Both the position numbers and the translations under genes were made by a program. Below are positions 39,301 through 50,200 of a stretch of 64,000 nt of DNA, piece after piece (position 1 is the first letter of the stretch; the number at the start of each line of letters is the position of its first letter). Source of the stretch: Ylistrum balloti (Eukaryota). The stretch spans positions 248,001 to 312,000 of the forward strand of contig NW_026781890.1 of assembly GCF_031769215.1 (NCBI RefSeq), read 5' to 3'. The notes under the pieces are model-generated. The model saw nothing but the letters and a program-made list of their open reading frames with translations, did no database searches and had not been told where the DNA came from.

Positions 39301-42300
39301 TAATGTCAGTGTCACCCATATTCCCTAAAGTCTCCCTTCCCCTAATGTCAGTGTCACCCATATTCCCCTAAAGTCTCCCTTCCCCTAATGTCAGTGTCAC
39401 CCATATTCCCTAAAGTCTCCCTTCCCCTAATGTCAGTGTCACCCATATTCCCTAAAGTCTCCCTTCCCCTAATGTCAGTGTCACCCATATTCCCTAAAGT
39501 CTCCCTTCCCCTAATGTCAGTGTCACCCATATTCCCTTAAGTCTCCCTTCCCCTAATGTCAGTGTCACCCACATTCCCTAAAGTCTCCCTTCCCCTAATG
39601 TCAGTGTCACCCACATTCCCTAAAGTCTCCCTTCCCCTAATGTCAGTGTCACCCATATTCCCTAAAGTCTCCCTTCCCCTAATGTCAGTGTCACCCATAT
39701 TCCCTAAAGTCTCCCTTCCCCTAATGTCAGTGTCACCCATATTCCCTTAAGTCTCCCTTCCCCTAATGTCAGTGTCACCCATATTCCCTAAAGTCTCCCT
39801 TCCCCTAATGTCAGTGTCACTCATATTCCCTAAAGTCTCCCTTCCCCTAATGTCAGTGTCACCCATATTCCCTTAAGTCTCCCTTCCCCTAGTGTCAGTG
39901 TCACCCATATTCCCTTAAGTCTCCCTTCCCATTGCGAACAACCTTTTGTCTTTACTCCTTTTCCCGATATTTTTCAGTCAAACTACATTTACACGACCAC
40001 TTTCATCCCCCCAAACCAGAAATATTATCAAACATTGTAGAGGAAATCTTGCCTTCACAGCTTCAAAAAGAAATATAAAATAACTGTGTTTGTCAGTGAC
40101 ATAACAACTGCTTACCATAGAAACTAGTTCAATGTGTAATATTATGTACAATCATATAGAGGTTTCAAATGCTTAGTTGTTTAAATAGTAAAAGCTAAAT
40201 GCACTATTAACAATAACATTAACAAAACAAAGTATTCCAATACTAGAGAATTTGGTCAAACTGAAGGTGTTCAGACATTTAATCCTATCATCATGCTACT
40301 TTTCACTATTGCCCTTTCTCAATGTTTATAGAGTGAATGTAAAAAGTAGACTTAGTAGAATTAGATGCTGATGTCAAAATATGTTTTTATGAAATCTGAA
40401 ACCCTGGGTGGATGTTTCCTTGAGTGAATGTTTCCCTGTATGCAGCATCAAAGTAGTATATAGGGAACTATCAGGTGTTGGTGAATACATTATACTGGGA
40501 TAACACCTACTTTACACAAAGATTACAGGTGTCAAGTATCATCTCAAAACATTTGTTCCTAAAACATCAGGAAATGGTTGGAAAATAAGATGAACAGAAT
40601 TTGTTTCAGGGCATCTGTGAATATTTACCTTGTTCACTGGGCTGGAAGTCCACTGTTTCCACCACAACAAAATCATGCCAGTCAACCTGTGCATAGGCCA
40701 CTGAATAACAGATAGGGTCACAGAAATTAATTTACATGTAATTAGAGAACAGATCTTATAGACAAAATTAAATTAAACACCTATATGGCACTGAACAAAT
40801 TCTAGAAAATATTAACAGCCACACTCTGATATGATGTACTGACCCCTTTCTCTCTCAATAGCCTCGGCCTCCTTCCTTCGCTCCCTCTCCTGGTATTTGG
40901 CCCACTCTACACGGTACTTCACCTGGTTTAGTACCTTGTGATAGTCATCACTCTCTGACTTGAGTTGTGCTAGTAAGTCCTTGGGAGGGATCAAGATCTG
41001 ATGATATAAATACAAGGTTTATCATCAAGCAGTGTACCCTGTTACTCTCCCTGACTAATTATATATTTCACACCTTAGTATCCTGTTATTAATATTGATT
41101 ACAGACCTTTGTATAATGTTCAACAAAATTGGTGAAATCACCTTTAAAACTAGGAGTTTTACCTGAAAAATGTTGAGACATTGATTACAGACCTTGGTAT
41201 ACTGTTCCACAAGTTTGGTGAAGTAGTTGAAGAGACTGTGCTGGGGTCGGAGAAAGTCAAATTGATAATTTCTTTGCTCCCTGTTCATCAAATTGGTAAG
41301 GAACTGTCGTCCATTTCTGGCCACAAACTGGGCAGTTAGTTTGACCACGTCCCTGTAAACAAAACAATAAGTATCACTCAAAACACTTAAGGCGTATAAC
41401 AATTGTCAGAAAATTATCAATACTATTGTAATGTTAAATTTACTATTTATACCAAAACTGTACAGATATGTAGATGACAAAAACACAAAACCACACAATT
41501 TGGATTTAATCAACTTCAGCTGCAAAGTCTGATGCTCAAACAATGGTGTTACTGCATCCCTGTGTTTGAAGAGGCAAGTTGTTGATAAAACAATTAATGA
41601 AAAAATAAAAACTATTCTAACATTCAGAATAAAGAAGGGACATAAAATAAGAAGAGGATCAAATAATCTGATTTTAATTGTTAATGGTAATACAATTGTA
41701 CTTGTCCTATATAACTAGAGACTGATCAACTCTTTAAATCATCATATATATTAACTAGGAAAATAAATATTTACTTACAGGTCAAAAGCTGATATAGAAG
41801 GAGGGTCAGCAACAAATTCAAACTCAGCAGGTGGTTCAGTGGGTATGATGGGGATATCAATGATCCGAGCCTGCTCCAACATAGGCTTCTGTAGTCCTGG
41901 TACTGACTGTCCACCAAACTAAAACACCACAAAAAATGTCCTGTTCTCAAGTATTCATGTAAACAGCCAGTCAATTCAAACATTTATTATTCAGGGCTCT
42001 CACACCCCATTTTGGGCCCAGGAATTGGGAAAAATAATGGTGTTTTCCTTAGAATTGGGAAAACTTGGGGTCTAATTGGGAAAAAAAGATACTATTTTGC
42101 ATATTTGGCCCCAAATTTGGCAGATCGAGAGCCCTGTTATTAATGAACCTATTCAAATGTACTGATTGATGTTTTCTTTTAAATCACTCACTGATATTAA
42201 CGAAGCATATCTTTAAATATTGAAATTGTCTATTTAACATAATACATAAATTTAATCTGGACGCAGTCAATCTTTTTAATCTGTATCTGTTTTTAAAAAT

Positions 42301-45209
42301 TCATTATGAAATACTTGTTCTTAAATAAATCACATGCAAATATTCTGTGCTGTGTACCAATGGTTTGTTATACATAATTGGAGCCAAAAGTCATGTCATC
42401 TGACACACGCACGATGTGACAGCAAAAGAGATGAAAGAAATCACACTTGATCAATGCTAATAAAGTGCTGTGTATGTGTATAATTGGTGGTAGCATGTGC
42501 TTACAGCAATAAATTACAACCTGCAACAATTGCAATTATTCATACCATTGACCTTAACAGAACACACATGGAGTGATTCATACAACATCAATGTCCCTCT
42601 AAAAAGTTTGGTTATGTACAATATCTCCAGGCGTTCACACGATCAAAGTAAATATCAAAAGATGAATGATTGCAATTCTACAATCAGATAAGCAAAGAAG
42701 ATAACTTATTGAAAGTTATCCAGCCAAATTCAATAATTTGTTGTCATCAAGTTTTTGGGATCCATGTCAAAGGTCTCAATAAGTATATATTCCGAAAACA
42801 TTTCCTTCACCATATCATTATAATATACTTAAAATATTTACTTACAAGTACAGCAAATCATTTATCTTATTGATTGTAAAATATTTGATGTAGTGTACAA
42901 GGGAGTTACCTGTACACTTTTACAGTTAAGACTACTTGCCAGCTGGAAATATTTACCAATCCTTTTGATTATAAAAGGTGGGGTACTTGTATTAATGATT
43001 TACACTAAGCTAGTGCTACACAATTACCTTTGGAGCTGAAGGTTCTTGTCCTACAATGAAATAAAAAGCAAATTTTAAAACAAATAACAAAACATAATTA
43101 ATTCAAATGTCATAATTTCCTTAAAATCATTTTGACATTACAGGAGAGGTACTTGTTGGTATCAAGATCAGAGATGACCATTTACCAGTGACGTGTGAAA
43201 TAGTACCATTATATAGAATCATTACGAAAAGACATTTTTTAAATATATTTTATGAATATGTAAGTATTTAACAAGTTAAAAATGAAATCTTAAGGTTAAC
43301 TTGTCCACATTTCAGAATATTTCAGGGTGAAATTTAAGTAATACATGTATCACTGCTTTGTATACCTACAGTATAGTGACCTATGTCAAATTTAACTGGT
43401 CCCATAGTGTATGGTCAGACCAAATATAAATACAAATGGACATTCCAAATCACTTTCGTTGAAATCTCTTAGAACAAATATGTATAAACCAGATTTTCAT
43501 TATGGCTGTCATAATCATTGATAATAATCATTTTGGATAACTGATTAACTATCAGAACCACAAGTGTAACATTTCATCTTTTTTTAATCAGAATAACTTC
43601 AGTAATGCTTGAAGTTCAATTGAAAATTGATCATGTAAAAGTAAAATTTTGAGGTTAAAATACAATATCAACTTTTATCAACAACCAAATCTCAACAACA
43701 ACATTAACAATGTCAGAATCTTACCTCTGCCTTCCTTAAACTCCTTCACCTTGTGTTGATAGTATGCATGGTAGGGATCAGAAGGGTTCAAAAAGTTGAA
43801 TTTTGGGTTGTTAACTTCATTCTGACGAATCCTACTCTCAAATTCTGGACCATTTCTGGCTACAAAGCTAGCAGTCTTATCAACAATATCTGAAGTTTAG
43901 TGTTAAAGATCAATAAACAGAATAAGAAATTAAATAGTTATCAGTACTTACTGATGATTACATTACTTAGTTATTGATATCTCTCTTTACTTACTTGTGA
44001 AAGTAATAAATAATATTCAAATTCTTTTTTGATTATCTTTATGATTTCAATTTTTCATCCAGCTATCACCACATTTTTATTTTTGCATCATATCCATTAC
44101 AAGTACACATGGATACTTAGCTGTCAGAACAATAAACAGTTTTTGTCCATCACTATCTAGGTAAGTTGATTTTGCATGAAAATGAAAGTTTCAGTCTGAT
44201 GATAGAAAAACTTGTCCCTTATAGTGTTAATCAATGTTTACATCATTGCCTTAGATTTTAAAATGATCTACTTTTAGTAACTATCAGATATGATGTAGTT
44301 TTGAACAAGTGTGGCAATAAACATTTTAGTCAAAATCAGATGATTTTCTTGGCCTGTTTACCTAACAAATCTTCTTTACTTAGACTACTGATGGGACAAG
44401 CATGACATACAACTGGAACTGTAAACAAGACCCCATTTAGACTTACATTATGACAATAGCTGGTCACCCTCTTTCAGTTGTCGACTACCATTCATTGACC
44501 AGTAAGAAATAGAACCTAGTTCCATATAAATAATATACAAATTAAAATATGTATCATCTTGAAAATATGTTTTCATGTAGAATAAATCAGTTTTAACTCC
44601 ATCGATTTTCAAATAATTTTCAGCATGTTTCATGCATAATATAGTATAAAATAATGACAAAGGGTTTTCCCTTGATGTTTTAGGTATTTTTTTTTTTCAT
44701 CATGGTATCTATATTACTTCTACGTTGATATTACAAAATTAGGAAGTAAACAATGCACATTGAGACAAAGACTTGGTAATGTAATACAGTATTACACCTT
44801 CCTGGACAAGGTACTATATAAAATGTAAATGTGACCAAAAAATCAGCTTAAAATGATGTGGGGACGAAACGACCGCTTGTCGTTAAAGTGGCAATGCAAC
44901 TCTCAAACCTCCACAGAAAATGACCAAACGTTAAACAGTGGTAATCATTAAACCAACAAAAGGGATTCGTTATGAACTGATTATGAATGGTGAACAGATC
45001 ACGAAAACTGGAGACCGAGTTAGCTAGTTCACACGTGAACGTCGCCGAGCATACGTTCAAACAAGCGTACGCACTTCTCACAATTGAAGGATACTCCTCA
45101 CTTCTGGAGGCGGATAAATTATTCCGATGACTGGTTTAGCTGCTGCAACTTCTTCGTTTGATTTTCCTTCTGGCACAGCGGCCATCGGGGTTCCTTCGAT
45201 GGGCGGCAT
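27377..45209 (-). CDS. SF3A1: Splicing factor 3A subunit 1 (SF3a120/Prp21), complete, 18 coding exons, 777 aa
   Basis: Exons: 45095-45209, 43725-43889, 43028-43050, 41779-41918, 41193-41352, 40844-40997, 40629-40700, 38661-38737, 38374-38475, 36022-36199, 35569-35670, 34759-34931, 34220-34359, 33712-33950, 32530-32747, 32081-32182, 27909-27980, 27377-27478. All introns are GT-AG with consistent phases; total 2334 nt. Two SURP domains (NIVDKTASFVARNG, DVVKLTAQFVARNG), AYAQVDWHDFVVVETVDF, Pro-rich region, ubiquitin-like C-terminus ending KERGGRKK*. Confidence 0.97.
28005..28272. repeat. 39-bp minisatellite x~7 in SF3A1 intron 16
   Basis: Unit aggtgtgaag(a/g)aatttcaggtgtagcagtaaaacctttg. Confidence 0.95.
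28657..31964. repeat. 84/86-bp satellite-like array x~39 in SF3A1 intron 16
   Basis: Unit ctgtagtgactgtagtccct(ct)ctgtctcttcctatacatttctgtaacctagaattccctctcatcgatatacgtcattaagtta; highly homogeneous. Confidence 0.98.
32874..33664 (-). mobile_element. Non-autonomous Helentron-like (HINE/DINE-1-like) element in SF3A1 intron 14
   Basis: The minus strand starts TTTTTAGCCCACC with a hairpin and a GTCC-like microsatellite, has internal degenerate repeats, and ends with palindrome GATCC-CTTTC-GGATC plus TCTTGTT. Confidence 0.6.
35297..35525. repeat. 43-bp minisatellite x~5 in SF3A1 intron 11
   Basis: ggacagtatgtcagaggtgacatggtgattatcatgtgtctgt; period 43 (35341, 35384). Confidence 0.93.
37230..38382. 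repeat. 48-bp minisatellite x~24 that includes the SF3A1 exon 9 donor site
   Basis: Minus-strand unit GAGCTACAG|GTAAAAGGATGTTAATGACACATCAGAATACACATTGGT; the first copy overlaps the exon end at 38374. Confidence 0.97.
38796..39930. repeat. 42-bp minisatellite x~27 in SF3A1 intron 7
   Basis: taatgtcagtgtcacccatattccctaaagtctcccttcccc; matches the 14-aa periodicity of the spurious ORFs. Confidence 0.97.
41992..42136. mobile_element. hAT-like MITE (145 bp) in SF3A1 intron 3
   Basis: 10-bp TIR cagggctctc / gagagccctg; 8-bp TSD ttattatt / ttattaat (1 mismatch). Confidence 0.8.
43890..45094 (-). other. SF3A1: U12-type (minor spliceosome) GT-AG intron 1 of SF3A1
   Basis: 5' splice site GTATCCTTC. 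Branch site TCTTTAAC (43902-43909) ends 12 nt before the exon, with no polypyrimidine tract. Confidence 0.85.
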
Positions 45210-45480
45210 CGTCTGAAATCGGTTAAATTCCAACCATAAACTAATGGCCTCGCGCAAGGTACTTCCAAGTTCAAGGTTGTTCCCTAATCGACGTTAGTAA
45301 AATGCTTTAAAATTGCTCTGAAATGTCCCTTTCACGAAGCCGCTGACTGACTCTGATCAGAAATAAAATCTCGCGAGATAACCGTCATATTTTTACCATT
45401 AGTTGCTGAGGACGCTTGCTGTTCTGTCATGTTGTTGATGCGAAAACAATATGGATAGGTGTTAGTTAACAAAAGTCACT
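45210..45480. promoter_or_regulatory. Divergent SF3A1/ZBBX promoter region with ATCTCGCGAGAT palindrome; likely includes ZBBX non-coding exon 1
   Basis: CpG-rich. SF3A1 ATG at 45209 (minus) and a plus-strand donor CACT|GTAAGT at 45480/45481. Palindrome at 45368-45379; GTTGCTGAGG (X-box-like half-site) at 45402-45411. Confidence 0.7.
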
Positions 45481-46659
45481 GTAAGTACATGTTTTGTTAC
45501 TTTTAAGTATCAATTAACAATTCAAAAAGAATTCTGAAGAAAAAAATCTGGTAGCATGTGTTGACTGAACATGTATGCCGGTCACCGTGATAACAACAGT
45601 AAATAAACAAGGAACCAACTTGCCGGAAGGGTTTTCTCTACAACTGTTAGAAACACGCGTAAATACCACTGTAAGTGATCTGTTTAGCCTATTTGTTTAT
45701 TATTTATTATATGAATGCACAAAGAATGATTGATGGTGCAATGAATAGGATACAATCATAACGGATATTGAGCTACATTGTAGTTCACTTAATCCCAACC
45801 GCGAAAATATCTTCGTCCTAATGTAACTTTCAGTAAAACGTTGAAGAGGACAAATAATTCTATTTAAATTGATGTTGTGAAAATTCACGATATCATACGT
45901 TTATACCAATACGAAATCGGTGTAGATTCACTTTTTGTAAATATGCCTGCATTTATGATCCTTTCAGAACTTAAGTTGGAAAATAATTCAGACGTTTCCG
46001 TGAGGAGTCGGTATTTACTTAAAACATGTATACATCCTAATCAGACTACACAGGGAGCCCTCCAATGCATATACACAACTATTCTACTTGTGATTTGATG
46101 TCATAGAAAACTTGCAGCGCATACGACATAACACTTTATCTGTAAATGCACCTACTTCACCTGTACCTTTGAGTATACAGATTTGTCACATTTTTTTTTC
46201 GTGGCGGATTTCTGAACTTTGTTTGTATTTTAGTGGGGCTCATTTTGAGTAATTGTTTATTTCGATATCCCCACAAAGTGTTTTTTTAATAGATATCACT
46301 CAGCCTTAGTATGTTTTAATCTCAACTTTTCATAATTATCAGGAGGAAGTTCTCTCAGAATATATCTGAATCTCATAAGTTTGCCAAATGATGCATAGAC
46401 CAGGACTTCAAGTCTACTGCACAGTGCTTACTAAATCTACTTTATTTACTTAAATGTTCATTATTCCTGCTATGCTAAACCTTGGATGGGACACAAACCC
46501 CTTTCTGCTGAAAGGAGTAATGCAAACATGTGGAAAAAAGCCTAAGAGTTGATATATAGTTGACTAATTGGCTGACAACACAAAATGTACCCTTTGTTAC
46601 TTTGCCATTTTTTTGTAAGTTCTGCAGAGATCAGAGGCCATGATATCTATTATCTATGT

Positions 46660-46865
46660 CTGGGTTTTCCATAATTTTGTTAGTAGTAGGCTGTGTAGTG
46701 AAAGTAGGAGGCTGGCGAAGCAAGCCAACCCGAGCCGCAACGTGGCAAGGTGGGGGTGGCCTGTCGTGTACAGAACATTATTACGGAACTGGATTGGTGT
46801 AGGCGGCCAAATAATCAAAGTAGCCAGTCAAATTGGCCGGCGACTGGCTCTTATGGAAAACCCTG
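46660..46865. mobile_element. TIR MITE (206 bp), hAT-like termini with a 6-bp TSD
   Basis: 14-bp TIR ctgggttttccata / tatggaaaaccctg (1 mismatch), flanked on both sides by CTATGT. Confidence 0.75.
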
Positions 46866-47267
46866 CTATGTACAAGCAAAGCACTGAAAGCAGTCTGTAC
46901 AACTGCATGTAAATATCATAACAGAATAGTCAAACTCCTGACATGATTGAAGCTGTGATCAAGATGATCAAACAAAGTACAGAATTTTAAGTTGATAGGA
47001 AAATAAAGGAAAAGAAACAGACTATTTATTATTCAAGGCCTAATTGACCAAATTGACTCTGGAAACTAAACAAAAGTAGAGTCTGAAATTCTCATCGCCT
47101 TCATATTTGAACATCTATCATCATTGTTAATGTTTGATACCATAAAACGCTATAGTCTAACTAATGAAAACCCTTGACTTCTACATAGTTATGTTTATAT
47201 CTCACCCTAAATCTTTCCTTTCATTTTTGACAGGATCCAAGAATTTAGTCCCCCAGTATCGGTACAG

Positions 47268-50200
47268 ATGAGATTAGACCAGCCTAGCACGATGTCAGGA
47301 TTCAACACAAATACAAATAAAAAGGAAGATGTCTCCACCAAACTTAAAGCCATGTAAGTTTTCTATATTATATCAGCAGCTAGTCCCGTAGTTCTTTTTT
47401 TTTTTTTTTCAAATTGAGCAGACTGCTGTAGCTCAGCCAGAATAGCGTTAGACTTTGCAAGCTCCTGGGAAGATCCAAGGTATGTCACTAGTTCATTGAT
47501 CCTTGCTCTGGATGGTTTGTGCTTCTTAAGAAGCTGAGAAACAGACTTCCCTGTATTGTAATAGTTGTGTCCTGAAACTTGACAGTTTACTCCTTTGGAT
47601 GGCATGCAGTGGACCACCATATGTAGCTTCTACAAGGAGACTGTCCAAAAGTAACAGATAGTAAACTTAGCAAAGAAATCAATAAATTCAGCTGTTAATG
47701 ATATGGTAACTTGGTAAGTATAGTGATCTGATTACGATCTTCTGTGGTGATATTTTGCGAGCCTGATAGGAAACATTTTTTATAATAAAAGGAACAAGAA
47801 ATAGAAATGTGTTATAATCATGTTTATAATCTTCATATAAATAACATCACCTACAGAAACTTGAATTGTTTTTTATGTAAATGTTCCATTTATTTTTTCA
47901 TTGTTCTCTTAGGTCTTATTATACGTAAGTAACTGAGAACCACTTCCAGAAATCTCTTACTATGAGCCTCTCTGTCTCTGCATGCATGCACACAAACTGG
48001 AGTAAAGATTGATGTGTTCATTTATCAATATATTTCATAAACTTTAAAATCATTAGAATGAAATTTAAAGCAATCTTTGACAGAATGCAACAGTGTATTA
48101 ATTAATTCAGTGTTTGATGAAATAAAATGTCATAAATTTAGAGGGAAAATATGTTGTTGCAATATTATAACGATGGCATCAACATTTTTCTATATTATAT
48201 CTACCAGAGTACAACCCAGTTTTAGTTTTATTTTTCCCATATTTGGAAAACATGTAATCTGTAATGAATTCCATTGACCTCCATCAAAATTAAATGATGA
48301 AGGAGCTTACATAAAAAAAATTCATGAGGAATTTTTGTTTTAATATATGATTGCGCATTCATCTGAATATGAACCTCTCCCTTCATTATCAAAGTTTACT
48401 TACTCTATTTACATATTACACATATCCAAACATACAGCATGTTTGTCACATCAATAGGTCACCTTGCATTGATCTAGCTCTTTGCAATCTACACCCAGCT
48501 TTCCACTTAATTATACATCACCATACAGGACAAGAAAACACAGATTCTGTTTTCTATTCTTATACCTATGTGGAAACAGCATTTTCTGTGAATTCTGGAA
48601 TTGAAGAATTCTAAAGATGTTATTTTTTCATCATCTCCTTTTCACACTTTGTGTATATCATGTATATTTCGTCAATCTCATTTACAAAGTTGTAATTGTG
48701 ACAGATGTTCATGTGTTTAAATATTGTGAAATAAAAACCCTGCAATTGTATGTTTGTGATTTCATGTTTGAAACACCAAGCATAGTTGTCCTGGTTCTGC
48801 AATTTGATTACCTATGAGATGAAAATTGTTGGTCATCGTGAGTAGTCTCATGTTTGTGGTATAAAGTATATATATTCATGTCTTTATCAATTCTGTGTTT
48901 TGTGATTATTTTCTTATCATTTACCACTAGATATTAAATCAATTCCAGCAAATTATTTTCAATCTGTAAAAGACCATCACCACATTCACTTTTCAAATGC
49001 TTTTTAAAATCACACTACTTCTCTGTTTATCAGCTATGATGACATGATGGTCAAGACAATAATTATATTGTCTTTTGTCCAATAGGTTACCTACATTGTC
49101 CATTTATCATCTGTACAATACTACAATATATAAATGATTTTCATGTCCATCATCTATGAAATATCGGCTACAGGCCTTAGTCCTTCATAATGCATAAACA
49201 AATGTCCTTTATCCTGAAAATACTCACAGGAATAACAAAATGTCTGCCAGATTGCTAAGATACTTGAATTTTCATTTATCAGTTATTCCTGTTTGCCAAT
49301 ATCTTTCAATTTAGAATTGTAATTGTGGGGAAATGACCATTAGTTGGTCAGTCATCATTTTGACAACTAGGTGAAAAGAATTAACTTATGATGGATTAAT
49401 TCTGTCAATTTTGTTTTAGAACTGTACTGAGAACTTCAACAACTTTCACATAAATTGAAAACAAAAAATCCAAACAAACAAATAAAACAGAAGTAAGATA
49501 ATTTGGTATATGGAAAATTACATTATAATCTCAATAGACCAAATGTCAATTATTCCCTCACTTAATGGAACAGACTTCCTGAGGAACAGAAACACAAACA
49601 TATCTCATGATTTTGTATGGTTGACATAACTGTTAATCTAGCAAATGAAAAGAGAAGAAAGTTAATACAAAAGATCAAACTTTCAAAAAGCTAAACAAAG
49701 ATCTTATGACCATGATTACGGAAATCCCGATGTAAAATCCTTGTTTAGTATCAAGTGTGTGATTTAATTGTTTTTTCATTAGGTCAAACTTAAGATACTT
49801 CAAAATATATGATACAGGCTTTGAAAATTATACATGTTTTTGAGATAATGAATTGTTTACTTGCTTTAAGTATTTGAAAATATTTTCTGTTCTGATTTAC
49901 ATACATATATATAGAATTGTGAAGACAAAGTTAATTATCTCTAATGATTTCAAGCCATGTATCAGCTATCTTCAGGCGATATCATGTAATCTAAATGGTC
50001 TGTGTAAATACATATAGTGATGTTTATTGAAATATGCAATTTAGTTATCAATATGTGTAAAGGAAGTGAAGTTTGAACGGATATGTAGACATTTTACCAT
50101 GATTTACTGGTATGTATATATTTTTACCTGTAAGTAAAAAGCTGACGACGTTTGAAGTTGTAATAATTGGTATAGCAATTAGACACTTTTTTTATTTCTA

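Noticed and set aside
38864-39750. Long ORFs on both strands with 14-aa periodicity
   Set aside because: Translation of the stop-free 42-bp minisatellite inside SF3A1 intron 7
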